Assembly (NCBI GenBank): GCA_964016885.1
Contig: OZ024742.1
Location: forward strand, 197,594,001 to 197,658,000
Direction of reading: 5' to 3'
Length of the DNA stretch: 64,000 bases
Origin: Eledone cirrhosa
Taxonomy: Eukaryota
In this document: one piece after another, positions 43,850 to 57,810 of the stretch
Numbering within the stretch: position 1 is the stretch's first letter
Layout of the letters: the number at the start of each line of letters is the position of its first letter
The notes under the pieces: model-generated
Told to the model about the DNA's origin: nothing
The model's database searches: none
What the model saw: the letters and a program-made list of their open reading frames with translations, nothing else
Translations under genes and position numbers: made by a program

Positions 43850-44458
43850 AAGAAGCCAGAGAAGATTACTAATGTAGGCGGGAAGCCGCTAGACTTGGTT
43901 GAGGACTTCCTGTATTTGGGAGCAAAGATTGGGAATACGGAAGATGATGTGGTTGAGAGGAAGAGCAAAGCTTGGGCGGCGTGCCACAGCTTGAGATCGG
44001 TGTGGGAGTCGGACCTTCGTAAAGACCTGAAGATCCATCTCTTTGTTGCTGTAGTGGAGTCTGTGCTGCTGTACGAGTCTGAGACTTGGACACTGACCAA
44101 GGTGGATGGGTGCTACACAAGAATGCTGAGGATGGCTCTGAACATTAATCAGTATACACTGAGGATGAAGAACTCAGAGCTGTATGGGAGCCTCCCAAGA
44201 GTCAGCTCGAGTGTAGCCCTGGGGAAACTGAGGTTAGCTGTACACTCTCACCGACATACAGAGTTGACACTGCACTCAGTTCTCCTGTGGGAGCCCCTGC
44301 ATGGACACACTAGAAGTGGAAGGTCGAGGTTAACATATGTTGATGCCCTAAGGACTGACACTTGTCTCTTGGAGACGCAGGACATAGTAGCGATAATGAG
44401 GGACAGAGACCGTTGGAGAGAACTCGTCCATGGATCTCGGGAATTTTACCCGCCCTAG
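43850..44458 (+). mobile_element. 5'-truncated RTE-clade LINE 3' part
   Basis: VEDFLYLGA...VESVLLYESETWTLT...DGCYTRMLRMAL...RLAVHSHRH...MRDRDRWRE; flanked by (TA)n. Confidence 0.9.
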
Positions 44459-45016
44459 ACATATATATATATAGTGAGAGAGAGAGAGAGAGAGAGAGGG
44501 GGGGGAGACAGACAGACAGACACGCAGTTAGATACATGTATAGTTATAAAGTGAGAAATGCATATGTACACATATTTATTTCAAGCCACAAAGAAATATG
44601 CGAGTGTAGAGTGTATAAGCGGCTACGTCCAAGGGAAATAACTCTATAAACAGGACTATGTGCAATAAAATATCCTCCTCTAAGGGAGATAACTGTAATT
44701 GTTATACTTTTTGTACCAAATAGTTTTAGAGTTAATTCCCTTACTAAATATTTTTTTTAACGTGTACACTAAGGAATATCTGTGTATGTGTGTCTGTCAG
44801 TCTGTCTGTTTGTGTGTGATTTTGGTAAGTGAATATGTCTTTGCATATATAAACACGCATATTTGATGAGATGTAGTGGAAGAGTCGTGCGCCGGTCATG
44901 GTGATTGTACCTTCAGCAAACCGATATTGGAATGATTGTAATTTGCCAATAATGCCAATAAATTTTATATATATGCTGTAAGAGTGACTTCAATCGTACT
45001 TAAATATATGTGTATG

Positions 45017-45162
<146 letters not shown>

Positions 45163-45191
45163 ATTGTGTGTATATATATATTAAATTTCGA

Positions 45192-45249
45192 ATACCTGAT
45201 GATGTCACAGGATTCATACTGAACCCGGTCACTGAAATGATCATAGTAT
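45192..45249 (+). ncRNA. Minimal type I hammerhead ribozyme in PLE pLTR remnant (45183-45380)
   Basis: atac-CTGATGA-tg...ca.t-GAAA-T-gatc-AT-A-gtat; stem I atac/gtat, palindromic ATGATCAT. Confidence 0.82.
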
Positions 45250-45384
45250 AATAAACCTTTTAAGGAATTACACCAGTCCGGCCTCCTGTTATTTTATAAT
45301 AATTAACTCCGTTCTCGCACCACCAACAACACAAACGAAGACGAGTGAGTTTCATTACGTCGAGTGCTCTCCCTAATCATGGAT

Positions 45385-45563
45385 AGAACTGGTGATTCCG
45401 TATAGTCAACCTTGAAATATGTATAATGAAATAAATATGGTTTTATAAATATAGTTTCCATTTATTAATATCGTATATTTACTCTAAATACTTGTCGAGT
45501 GCTTTATATCAGTTATAAAAATATTTGCTTGTTGTATCCCAACAATTTAAATAGAACTTTTGC
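45385..45563 (+). mobile_element. PLE pLTR 3' end related to 23200-23350
   Basis: ccttgaaatat.tataat..aaataaatatggttttataaatatagtttccatttattaatatc is shared; degenerate core CTGGTGA. Confidence 0.75.
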
Positions 45564-45603
45564 ATATATATATATATATATTATATATATATATTATGTA
45601 TAT

Positions 45604-45693
<90 letters not shown>

Positions 45694-46107
45694 TTTATAT
45701 ATATATATATATATATAATATATATATAATCTTGGTATGTTTATATACATTTTTTCTTCTAACTTTGATTTTATACCTAATTGTGTATGGTTGATATATT
45801 TAATCGATTTCTACGTGCTATTGAAATGCTGGGTAAATATTCTACAGCTGTTGATCGCGAATAGAGGGCTGTCGTTTATTTATCTATTATTTCTTCATAG
45901 GTTCCTTTTAATCTTATAGCCTGGTTTAATTGTTTTTTGTGTGGTTGATTATGCTGATTGGGAGAGGAAATGGAGTATATATCTTATCAAATGATTCTAT
46001 GGACAAACTTTATTGTATATATATATATATATACAAATGGAAGTACAGCATATTCGAAGCTCGAGCAGAGAGAGAGAGGGAGAGGGAGAGAGAGAGAGTG
46101 GGAGAGA

Positions 46108-46165
<58 letters not shown>

Positions 46166-46170
<5 letters not shown>

Positions 46171-46745
46171 AAACATAAAAAGGGATTATGTTTTCATTTA
46201 TAAGGGGTAAAGAGTCTTTAACTCTGTTTTTTCAATTGGTTTCGCTCCTAAATTCTTCGTTAGTTGAGCTTTTTAAGTTGAATGGTTATAGGCTGCCATT
46301 TCTAGCGGCTTCTTGACCCATTCACGCCGCTTTATACTGTATGGTGCGCGTGTTTTCGTACTATAACCATGTGATTTATTGTTGTCTGAAATATCCTTAG
46401 ACGTGTTGGCTATACCTTGATAAGCCCTGAGAAGGTATGGTACCAGCACTTTGGCGAAGCATTCTCTTCTTTGGAAATGTCCAGGTGTGTATAGTTATAA
46501 AGATGGGTGTTTTACATTTTAATTTTACCTCTTAATTATTATGTATTTTCTCCACTTTTCATAGATCTTATATCCTTCACTATAGTGGTTCTCTACCCCT
46601 TGTAAATGAAAACATAACCTCTTCTTGTGTTTTCTTCTCTATATACTGTATTATTGAGAGCCCGGTAATTTATTCCTTGAGCTCATAAAATTACTGGGGC
46701 TTAACGCGAGTCTTTAACTCCGTTTTTTCACTGTATATATTTCAT
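46166..46745. mobile_element. PLE-like remnant with ~47-bp inverted repeat (46166-46212 / 46590-46640)
   Basis: Inverted pair visible; gagtctttaactc.gttttttca occurs at ~46212 and ~46708, and inverted at 47420-47465. Confidence 0.5.
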
Positions 46746-46966
46746 TTAAATTATTGATGTATTGTTTTATTGATATTTTTTATCTGTTTGTCCCGAATCT
46801 TCTATTATCGATTTTTTATCGTATGGTTGATTTTAGACTTGTTCTATGTGTGACGGTATTTTAACGATAGTTATAGCTCTGATTCATCTGAATTATTGAG
46901 CCCTCTGCCGCTCATTTCGAATATTGTTTATCGTGAACTCGTGCGCCGATTTTTCGATACTCGATC

Positions 46967-47058
<92 letters not shown>

Positions 47059-47150
47059 AGTTAGGTTTGTGAGACTCGTTAGGATGCCATGTACGCTGTT
47101 TTATTTTTTATATATAGCATACATAGATGTGTCTAGGATACTAATTCATC

Positions 47151-47219
47151 ACCCACTGATGAGCTTGGATTAGTATTTCTATTCACAATTAATTTTGCGA
47201 AACAACAAGTTGTCTGGGT
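47151..47219 (+). ncRNA. Type I hammerhead ribozyme
   Basis: accca-CTGATGA-gc...gc-GAAAC-aac aa gtt-GTC-tgggt; canonical GUC cleavage triplet, 5-bp stems I and III. Confidence 0.9.
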
Positions 47220-47526
47220 CATTGGTAGTTACCACAATTCCGGTTTATATTTATTTTCTTAATTTTTTCTTAAATTGAGACAAGCGAACCCAATTGTCTA
47301 TAGTTAGTATTCTTTTCACCTTAGCGAATCAGGTCCCTTACGATTTGAACACATATATATATATATCTGTGTTCGCTTTTCTTTTATATTCTATTATAAT
47401 ATATATATATATATATATACAGTAAAAAAACGGAGTTAAAGACTCGCGTTAATCCCCTGTAATTATATTTATATATATATGTGTGTGTGCTATGGAACTA
47501 CTGTTATATATATATATATATATATA

Positions 47527-47605
<79 letters not shown>

Positions 47606-47664
47606 TCATCATCATCATCATGACCGTTTAACAACCTTTTTTAGAGAGAGAGAGAGAGAGTGGG

Positions 47665-47830
47665 AAGTGGGCAGGTAATCCCAGTACTGAACAGGTACTA
47701 TACTAATCAACCACAAAAGGATGGAAGACAAAGTTGACCATGACAGAGTTTAAACTCAGAATTCAAAGAGCTAAAATAAATACCACAAAATGTTCTATAT
47801 GATATTCAAATGACACTGCCATTCCAATAT
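47665..47830 (-). mobile_element. Decayed tRNA-derived SINE
   Basis: aaaggatggaagacaaagttgacc...tttaaactcagaa. Confidence 0.65.
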
Positions 47831-47969
47831 CTTCAGGTGAGATGGCAAGACAATATCGAAGAGGAGTTCAAAGTGCCTCTTCTGATATATGAATAACTGG
47901 TACAGAATCAGGTCCAATGGAGTTAAAACATACATACTAATGGCAAACTACAGGAAACATCATCATCAT

Positions 47970-48250
47970 CGTGGGCTCACACACATGGGGTTGTGAGTTT
48001 GATTCCTGGACTGGGGATATGTTGTATCCTTCTGCAAGACACTTTATTTCACATTGTTCCTGTTCACTCAGCTGGAAAAAATAAGCTGTGATATCAAGGG
48101 TGCCAAGCTGTATCGATCTTTGATTTTACTTTGTACATCTGTTGTGTGTAGAGGGGTAATTGACCTTCTACAAAAACACCTAGGCCAGGCTTGTGCACCA
48201 GAGGGGCATTTTCTAAGTTCTGACCAACGGTCATTCAGGACTAAAGGTAG
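47970..48250 (+). mobile_element. CORE-like SINE (second family)
   Basis: gttgtgagtttgattcctgg...gcaagacactttatttcacattg; reverse copies at 50078-50195 and 61570-61705. Confidence 0.65.
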
Positions 48251-48379
48251 CTACTACTATTGGCCAGCAAATGAGCTAAATAGTTCTACACATAAATCAT
48301 CAATTGTCACCAATTTAGATAATTTTTGCTGCCTACACCACCACCACCACCAATATCACCTTGACAAAAATGTTATGCA

Positions 48380-48889
48380 TTAATTCTTTTGTTACATTTC
48401 CAATTGAAGACACTGCCTATGTAAATCAATTAGTTTTAAAAATAACCAAAATTGGAAGGAATTTAATATAGTAACTAAGTTTTCATTAGTAAGCTAATTT
48501 GTAGAACACTAACAAAAATTACTAAATTGATGAAAGCTTTTGAAATGAGTAGTTTTTGTGTCAAAAATCCAGGACAGTTTCAGGTTGCTTGGTATCAATA
48601 CAGTTAAAAAGGTTAATAAAAAGTTGTTTATTTTATTTTGTTCTATATTTTAACCCTTTCATATCTACATTTCTAACAAAATACACTCTATTGCAATTAA
48701 TTAATGAAGAATTTTGAGAGATTTACTAAAATTATTAGTTATTTCATTACTAAGATAATAACTTAATGTAAGGTTCTTACATAAAATTATGTTGGAAGAT
48801 TTTTATTTAAATTAGAATCCTTTAAAATGGGTGGTTTTATTTCGTAGAACTAGAACTGATTTTGGCTGGGTTGGTAACTAAATAGTTAA
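48380..48889 (+). mobile_element. Two piggyBac-like MITE copies (48380-48607, 48650-48889)
   Basis: TTAA-CCCTTT...ttggtaactaaatag-TTAA termini; related decayed copies at 49422-49690, 59769-60197, 62810-63060 and 63516-63720. Confidence 0.55.
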
Positions 48890-50077
48890 TTTATTTTTAC
48901 TTACATTACATCAAATTGGCAGGATTGTTAGAGCTTTAGTATTTATTCTGGGTCTCTACACTCTGAATTCAAATCCCATCAAAAACTTCACCTTTCATCT
49001 CTTCAGTGTCAATAAATAAGTTACCAGTTCAGGGGCAGTGGGTTACTGGAATTGTTAAAGAATTGGACAAATTCTTCTTAGATAACTAATACAACTCTGT
49101 GCATCTTGAGTACAAATCCTGTCCCCTTCTGCCAGGAGTTGTGACTAGCAGATATTAGCAGCAAAGGGAAGACCAATGGAAACACCGTTTCCTTGGTGTC
49201 ATCTGATAATCAGCTCCTTTTCATTTTCCTAACAGGCTCAAATTATTTATAATTTTTAAAATTTTCTCCCACCTATCTTGACAAAAAAGGGGGTAAATAA
49301 AAAGTTGTTTGTTCTTTTTTTCCCCCATGTTAATTTATTTTTACTAGCTGATTCAAATCCTTAATTGTGGGAAATTAAGTTTACAATTGTGGAGAGAGAA
49401 ACGTCTGTAGTTGTGAATGTGTTAATCCTTTTTTATACCAAATCACCTGAAACAGATCGTTTCTATGATACAAAACTGCTTGTTTTAATGTAATTATATT
49501 TATCTATAAACCTTCTTCTTCTTTGCCTACTTATTCCTCCCATCATCACTTTATCTAAGAAAGTTAGTTATGTTCCAAACAACAATTTATTAGTGGTAAT
49601 GTTAATTATATAACTAAATCCTTTCAAATTCTTGATTATTTTCAAAGTTATTTGAAAACTGTAGACAGTGTCTTTCATTAGAAGGGTTTCAAATGTTAGC
49701 AATGCAAAGTAAGTCCTCATTAGAATTTAACAAAGAGCTTCCTGATAGAAATACAATTTTACAGTCTCACAACAATTTAATAGATGGGTTGCCTAAAATT
49801 ATATAGGATGAGTCTGGTTTCTACTAGTAAGATCAAGCGAGAAATCCCTTACATTGCAAGTTCCCAGGTGGCAGATAATGGAAACAAGCTTTAAATATAG
49901 GAGTTAATGCTGAATATGGAAATAAGCTGTGCTGGACATACCAAAATGAAGAATAGATCCCAGACCTTATTCACTTATTGAGTGAGGTGAAGTTCATCAA
50001 ATTGGGACAAAGAAACAATGTTTCTATTGTTTTTTCTATTGCTGATACTATCTACTGGTCACAACTCCTGGTAGAAG

Positions 50078-50195
50078 GAGCAATGTGAAATAAAGTGTCT
50101 TGCTCAAGGACATAAAGCATCACCCGTTCCAGGAATCAAACTCACAACCTTATGAATGTGAATCCAAATCTCTAACCACTAAGCCACGAGCCTTC
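50078..50195 (-). mobile_element. CORE-like SINE 5' part
   Basis: gtgaaataaagtgtcttgctcaagga...aatcaaactcac...taaccactaagccac (tRNA head on the minus strand). Confidence 0.75.
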
Positions 50196-51799
50196 ATTTT
50201 TGGAGATATATTACCAAAATAAAGATGGCTGAGATATCTGAAGATATCTAAAGATCTGGTGATTCATTACCAAAATGAAGATAGCCAGAGATCTGGAGAT
50301 GAAGATAGCTGGAAATCTGGAAATCTGGAAATACTTGACCTGAATGGAGAATCCTGGGATCTGGAGATACTCAATCAAAGTAAAGAATGCTTGGAATCTG
50401 AGGATCTACAACGAAAATCTGTGATTAAAACATTAACCTGAAGAAATAAAGTAAAATGTGAAATAGTCAATATTACAATATCTAATTCGAAACATTGCTC
50501 CCCAGATCTACAAAAAAAAGCAAGAAAAAACGAACAACAGATCACATGACTGCTTTGAAGCATGATGCATGTGTTTTTTCGTGCATTGGAGGTAGACTAT
50601 TTAAACTGGTGAAGTTGCCAATACAGAAGTTGGTATGAGGTTGGCAGCGATAGCAGTTGGTCTGAGGTCGACGGCGTGGTAAAGACAGTTGATGTAAAGT
50701 TGGTGATGTGAATAGTAGGTGTGAATCCAGGTGGCATAGAACAACATTACACAAGATATCCAGCCTGGTGCTTCTATTTCTCCAGTTCTAAGCAAGTTGG
50801 CTAGCTGGGCAGGCTTGCAGTTTCCCAGCTGCTGACTTTGGGCTGTTGGAGCCATGTTGCAGTTGCAGACTGAATTTTGCAAGAATATAAGCCAGAAGAC
50901 AGAAGATATAAGCCAGACAAAATACAAATCAGAAAAAGGAAGAAGATAAATGACAGAAGATAAAAAGACAGAAGATAAAAGACAAAAGATAGAAGTCAGA
51001 AGAAAGAGGAAGAAAAAAGCTAAGATGAAAGAGGAAATGAGAAAAAACAAGATAGAAATGAAGAGAAATTTTACATATTTATTTACTTTATAATAATATT
51101 TTGGTAAATGTAAAAAGGTCATTTTATTATTATACTTTTCAATTTTCAGCAACACCAACGTTACAAAAAGAATAAAGGCTCTTATGTATTTTTTATATAA
51201 CTTCTTTTCAAATCTCTTTCTCTTTTTCTTTTTTAATATATATATATAACTCTTTCTTTTCAAGACATCTTTCATGTTTTATGTAACTCCTTTTAAATCG
51301 TTCATTTAATTTGAATATAACATTTTTCTTTCAAATCTTCTTTATTCAACTCCTTCCTCCTTGTTTTTGGATTTTTGTTGTTGTTTTTTTGGCAGGGGGG
51401 AGTGTGTCAACAACTGTTTTTTTTTATATGATTAAATAATAATCAAAATAACAATAATAATAATAATAATAATGGTATACTTTTTTTCTTTTTCTTAATG
51501 TTCTTTTTTTTTTTAGAGGGGGGTGCAGAAGAAAAAAAAACAGAAAGCAAAACATATTTTACAACACAAGACCAATTATTAATTATTTTAATTTTAATTA
51601 CATTTAATGTTTGTTAATTGTTTTTAAATTTATTTATTATTTTTTGTCTGTGTGTTGCTGTTGTGTTGTGTGTAGGATATTGTTGTGTTGTATTGTATTG
51701 TTGTGTGGTGTTGTGATGGTGGTATTGGTTGTGTTGGTAGTTGTGATGGTGGTGTTCGTTGCATTGGTATTGGTTATTGTTGTTAGTTGGTGATGATAT

Positions 51800-52400
51800 T
51801 GATTGTGTTGGTGTGGTTTGTGGTGGTGTTGACGTTGTTGGTGGTGGTGGTGGTGGTGTTGGCGTTGACATTGGTGGTGGTGGTGTTAGCGTTGACATTG
51901 TTGGTGGTGTTGGCATTGACATTGTTGGTGGTGGTGTTGGTGTTGACATTGGTGGTGGTGTTGGCATTGACATTGTTGGTGGTGGTGTTGGTGTTGACAT
52001 TGGTGGTGGTGTTGGCATTGACATTGTTGGTGTTGGTGTTGACATTGGTGGTGGTGTTGTTGGTGGCGTTGACATTGTTGGTGGTGTTGGCATTGACATT
52101 GTTGGTGTTGGTGTTGACATTGGTGGTGGTGTTGGTGGTGTTGGCATTGTTGGTGGTGTTGGCATTGACATTGTTGGTGGTGGTGTTGGTGTTGACATTG
52201 GTGGTGGTGGTGTTGGTGGTGTTGGCATTGACATTGTTGGTGGTGGTGTTGGTGTTGACATTGGTGGTGGTGGTGGTGTTGACATTGGTGGTGGTGTTGG
52301 TGTTGACATTAGTGATGGTGGTGTTGGCATTGACATTGGTGGTGGTGGTGGTGTTGGCATTTGGTGATTGTGGTAGTGTTGACATTGGTGGTGGTGGGGG
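51800..52400. repeat. (GGT/GTT)-based minisatellite containing gttgacattg units
   Basis: ggtgttggcattgacattgttggtggtggtgttggtgttgacatt repeated. Confidence 0.95.
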
Positions 52401-52549
52401 ACATTGTGTTGATACTATTGCTGTTGGTGGTGTTCATGTTAGTTGTGTGGTTGAGGTTGTGGTATTGGTTGTGATACTGGTGTTTTTATTTATGGTTGTT
52501 GGTAGAGATGTTGTTGTTGGTTATGGCATTGGTGGGGGTGTTGGTGATA

Positions 52550-54920
52550 GTTTTGTTGTTGGTAGTGGTTATATTGTTGGTGGTGGTTTTGTTGTTAGTT
52601 ATGTTGGTGGTGGTTTTGTTGTTAGTTATGTTGGTAGTGGTTATATTGTTGGTGGTGGTTTTGTTGTTAGTTATGTTGGTGGTGGTTATTTTGTTGGTGG
52701 TGGTTTTGTTGTTAGTTATGTTGGTAGTGGTTATATTGTTGGTGGTGGTTTTGTTGTTAGTTATGTTGGTGGTGGTTATTTTGTTGGTGGTGCTTTTGTT
52801 GTTAGTTATGTTGGTAGTGGTTATATTGTTGGTGGTGGTTTTGTTGTTAGTTATGTTGGTGGTGGTTATTTTGTTGGTGGTGGTTTTGTTGTTAGTTATG
52901 TTGGTAGTGGTTATATTGTTGGTGGTGGTTTTGTTGTTAGTTATGTTGGTGGTGGTTATTTTGTTGGTGGTGCTTTTGTTGTTAGTTATGTTGGTAGTGG
53001 TTATATTGTTGGTGGTGGTTTTGTTGTTAGTTATGTTGGTGGTGGTTATTTTGTTGGTGGTGGTTTTGTTGTTAGTTATGTTGGTAGTGGTTATATTGTT
53101 GGTGGTGGTTTTGTTGTTAGTTATGTTGGTAGTGGTTATTTTGTTGGTGGTGGTTTTGTTGTTAGTTATGTTGGTAGTGGTTATATTGTTGGTGGTGGTT
53201 TTGTTGTTAGTTATGTTGGTAGTGGTTATTTTGTTGGTGGTGGTTTTGTTGTTAGTTATGTTGGTAGTGGTTATATTGTTGGTGGTGGTTTTGTTGTTAG
53301 TTATGTTGGTAGTGGTTATTTTGTTGGTGGTGGTTTTGTTGTTAGTTATGTTGGTAGTGGTTATATTGTTGGTGGTGGTTTTGTTGTTAGTTATGTTGGT
53401 AGTGGTTATTTTGTTGGTGGTGGTTTTGTTGTTAGTTATGTTGGTAGTGGTTATATTGTTGGTGGTAGTTTTGTTGTTAGTTATGTTGGTAGTGGTTATA
53501 TTGTTGGTGGTGGTTTTGTTGTTAGTTATGTTGGTGGTGGTTTTGTTGTTAGTTATGTTGGTAGTGGTTATTTTGTTGGTGGTGGTTTTGTTGTTAGTTA
53601 TGTTGGTAGTGGTTATTTTGTTGGTGATAGTTTTGTTGTTAGTTCTGTTGGTAGTGGTTATTTTGTTGGTGTTGGTTTTGTTGTTAGTTATGTTGGTAGT
53701 GGTTATATTGTTGGTGGTGGTTTTGTTGTTAGTTATGTTGGTAGTGGTTATTTTGTTGGTGATAGTTTTGTTGTTAGTTATGTTGGTAGTGGTTATTTTG
53801 TTGGTGTTGGTTTTGTTGTTAGTGGTTATTTTGTTGGTGATAGTTTTGTTGTTAGTGGTTATTTTGTTGGTGATAGTTTTGTTGTTTAGTTATGTTGGTA
53901 GTGGTTATTTTGTTGGTGGTGGTTTTGTTGTTAGTTATGTTGGTAGTGGTTATTTTGTTGGTGATAGTTTTGTTGTTAGTTCTGTTGGTAGTGGTTATTT
54001 TGTTGGTGTTGGTTTTGTTGTTAGTTATGTTGGTAGTGGCTATATTGTTGGTGGTGGTTTTGTTGTTAGTTATGTTGGTAGTGGTTATTTTGTTGGTGAT
54101 AGTTTTGTTGTTAGTTATGTTGGTAGTGGTTATTTTGTTGGTGTTGGTTTTGTTGTTAGTTATGTTGGTAGTGGTTATTTTGTTGGTGATAGTTTTGTTG
54201 TTAGTGGTTATTTTGTTGGTGATAGTTTTGTTGTTTAGTTATGTTGGTAGTGGTTATTTTGTTGGTGATAGTTTTGTTTTAGTTATGTTGGTAGTGGTTA
54301 TTTTGTTGGTGGTGGTTTTGTTGTTAGTTATGTTGGTAGTGGTTATGTTGTTGGTGGTGGTTTTGTTGTTAGTTATGTTGGTAGTGGTTATTTTGTTGGT
54401 GATAGTTTTGTTGTTAGTTCTGTTGGTAGTGGTTATATTGTTGGTGGTGGTTTTGTTGTTAGTTATGTTGGTAGTTTTGTTGTTAGTTATGTTGGTGGTG
54501 GTTATGTTGTTGGTGGTTATGTTGTTGGTGGTAGTATTGTTGTTAGTTATGTTGGTAGTGGTTATTTTGTTGGTGGTGGTTTTGTTGTTAGTTATGTTGT
54601 TAGTGGTTAGTTTGTTGGTGGTAGTTTTGTTGTTAGTTATGTTGGTAGTGGTTATTTTGTTGGTGGTGGTTTTGTTGTTAATTCTGTTGGTAGTGGTTAT
54701 TTTGTTGGTGGTGGTTTTGTTGTTAGTTATGTTGGTAGTGGTTATTTTGTTGGTGGTGGTTTTGTTGTTAGTTCTGTTGGTAGTGGTTATTTTGTTGGTG
54801 GTGGTTTTGTTGTTAGTTCTGTTGGTAGTGGTTATTTTGTTGGTGGTGGTTTTATTGTTGGCGGTGGTTTTGTTGTTAGTTCTATTGGTAGTGGTTATTT
54901 TGTTGTTAGTTATGTTGGTA
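52550..54920. repeat. 45-bp minisatellite with 90/180-bp higher-order structure
   Basis: ggtggtggttttgttgttagttatgttggtagtggttat(a/t)ttgtt; variants alternate. Confidence 0.97.
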
Positions 54921-55014
54921 AAAAGAAAAGTTATCTTTATTGTATTTTTTTTAATTCACTAACCAAAGATTATCTTTTTTTTTAGTTCCACATAATTTTT
55001 TTTTAAATTGTACA

Positions 55015-55275
55015 AAAATCACTCTGAATAATAATAGCTTTGCCTTTCATCCTTACAGGAGTCGGTGGATTTGCAATATCAATAGGGCATTGTACAACAT
55101 GCTTCATGGCATAGTTACGGCCCTTTACGTTTGGAGTTCAAATCCCACTGAGGTTAGCTTTGCCTTTCATCCTTACAGGGTCAATAAAACAAAGTAACAG
55201 TAATGAACTGGAGTCGGTTTAATTGACTTTACCCCCCCCCCCAATTGCTGATCTTGTGCCTAAATAGGAAACCAT
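55015..55275 (+). mobile_element. tRNA-derived SINE preceded by a partial copy
   Basis: tagctttgcctttcatccttacagg occurs twice; gagttcaaatccc B-box. Confidence 0.85.
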
Positions 55276-55754
55276 TATTATTATTAGTAGTAGTAGTCGT
55301 AGTAGTACATATTTTGAGTTTTCTGAAGTAATAAAAAAAAAAGGACAAGGTAATTGAAATAAAGTTGTTTTTGTTGATGGAGGGGGGTGTTGTGGTGATG
55401 GATGGGGGTGTTGTGGTGGTGGTGTTGTTGTTGATGGATGGGGGTGTTGTGTTGATGGTGTTGTTGGGGGTGTTGTTGTTGATGGATGGGGGTGTTGGTG
55501 GTGGTGTTGTTGTTGATGGATGGGGGTGTTGTGGTGATGGATGGGGGTGTTGTGTTGATGTTGTTGTTGGTGGTGGTGGTGTTGTTGTTGATGGATGGGG
55601 GTATTGTGTTGATGGATGGGGGGTGTTAACAGACAAAAACAGTAGAAGAAACACAGAATTATAACAACAAAAGATGAAAATATTTGTAAACACTAGAATT
55701 GTTATTGATTTATAAGTGGAAAAACAAACACAGAAACATAATTTGATAACTTGT

Positions 55755-57810
55755 ACTGTTGGTGGTGGTGGTGTAGTGTTGATGGTGTTGTTGGTGGTGG
55801 TGGTGTAGTGTTGGTGGTGGTGTAGTGTTGGTGGTGGTGTTGGTGGTGGTGTAGTGTTGATGGTGGTGTTGTGGTGTTGTTGTTGGTGGTGGTGTGGTGT
55901 TGGTGGTGTAGTGTTGATGGTGTTGGTGGTGGTGTAGTGTTGATGGTGTTGTTGGTGGTGGTGGTGTAGTGTTGATGGTGTTGTTGTTGGTGGTGGTGTA
56001 GTGTTGATGGTGTTGTTGGTGTTGTTGGTGGTGGTGGTGTAGTGTTGATGGTGTTGGTGGTGTAGTGTTGATGGTGGTGGTGTAGTGTTGATGGTGGTGG
56101 TGTAGTGTTGATGGTGTTGTTGTTGGTGGTGGTGTTGTGGTGATGGTGTTGTTGGTAGTGGTGGTGTAGTGTTCATGGTGGTGGTGTAGTGTTGATGGTG
56201 TTGTTGGTGGTGGTGGTGCTGTAGTGTTGGTGGTGGTGTAGTGTTGATGGTGGTGGTGGTGTAGTGATGATGGTGTTGTTGGTGGTGGTGGTGTAGTGTT
56301 GATGGTGTTGTTGGTGGTGGTGGTGTAGTGTTGATGGTGTTGTTGTTGGTGGTGGTGTAGTGTTGATGGTGGTGGTGGTGGTGGTGTAGTGTTGATGGTG
56401 TTGTTGTTGGTGGTGGTGTTGTGGTGATGCTGTTGTTGGTAGTGGTGGTGTAGTGTTGATGGTGTTGTTGGTGGTGATGGTGTTGTTGGTGGTGGTGGTG
56501 TAGTGTTGATGGTGTTGTTGGTGGTGGTGGTGTAGTGTTGATGGTGGTGTTGTGGTGATGGTGTTGTTGTTGGTGGTGGTGTTGTGGTGTTGTTGGTGGT
56601 GTTGTGGTGGTGTGGTGTTGGTGGTGGTGGTGTAGTGTTGTTGGTGGTGGTGGTGTAGTGTTGGTGTTGTTGGTGGTGGTGTTGTGGTGATGGTATTGTT
56701 GGTGGTGGTGGTGTTGGTGGTGGTGTTGCTGTTGGTGGCGGTGGTGTGATGGTGATGGTGTTGGTGGTGGTATAGTGTTGATGGTGTTGTTGGTGGTGGT
56801 GGTGTTGTGGTGATGGTGTTGTTGGTGGTAGTGGTGGTGTAGTGTTGATGGTGTTGTTGGTGGTGGTGGTGCTGTAGTGTTGATGGTGTTGTTGGTGGTG
56901 TATTGTTGATGGTGGTGGTGGTGTAGTGATGATGGTGTTGTTGGTGGTGGTGGTGTAGTGTTGATGGTGTTGTTGGTGGTGGTGGTGTAGTGTTGATGGT
57001 GGTGTTGGTGGTGGTGGTGCTGTAGTGTTGATGCTGTTGTTGTTGGTGGTGGTGTTGTGGTGATGGTATTGTTGGTGGTGGTGGTGTAGTGTTGATGGTG
57101 TTGTTGTTGGTGGTGTTGTGGTGATGGTGTTGTGGTGGTGGTGTGGTGATGGTGTTGGTGGTGTAGTGTTGATGGTGTTGTTGGTGGTGGTGGTGTTGAT
57201 GGTGTTGGTGGTGTTGTTGTTGGTGTGGTGGTGGTGTGGTGCTGATGGTGTAGTGTTGGTGGTGTTGTGGTGGTGGTGGTGTGGTGTTGTTGGTGGTGGT
57301 GTTGTTGGTGGTGGTGGTGTTGTGGTGTTGGTGGTGGTGTTGTTGTTGGTGGTGTTGTTGTTGTTGGTGGTGTAGTGGTGGTGGTGGTGGTGGTAGTGGT
57401 GTTGTCGTGGTGGTGGTGGTGGTGTTGGTGTTGTTGTTGTTAGTGGTGGTGGTGGTGTTGGTGGTAGTGGTGTTGTGGTGGTGGTGTTGGTGGTGTTGTT
57501 GTTGTTGGTGGTAGTGTTGTGTTGTGGTGGTGGTGTTGCTGGTGGTGGTGTTGTGGTGATGGTGTTGTTATTGTTGGTGGTGGTGTTGTGGTGATGGTGT
57601 TGTTGTTGTTGGTGGCGGTGGTGTGGTGTTGTGGTGGTGTTGCTGTTGCTGGTGGTGGTGTGGTGGTGGTGTGGTAAATGTGGTGTGGTGTGGTGGTGTT
57701 GTGGTGATGGTGTGGTGGTGGTGGTGGTGGTGTTGTGGTGATGGTGTGGTGGTGGTGGTGGTGTGGTGGTGTTGTGGTGATGGTGTGGTGGTGATGATGG
57801 TGTTGTTGTA
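55755..57810. repeat. (GGT/TGT/GAT)n trinucleotide-derived array
   Basis: Directly visible. Confidence 0.97.

Noticed and set aside
51614-54962. Val/Gly-rich and Pro/Thr-rich ORFs
   Set aside because: Open in several frames on both strands because of low complexity; no domain or splice evidence
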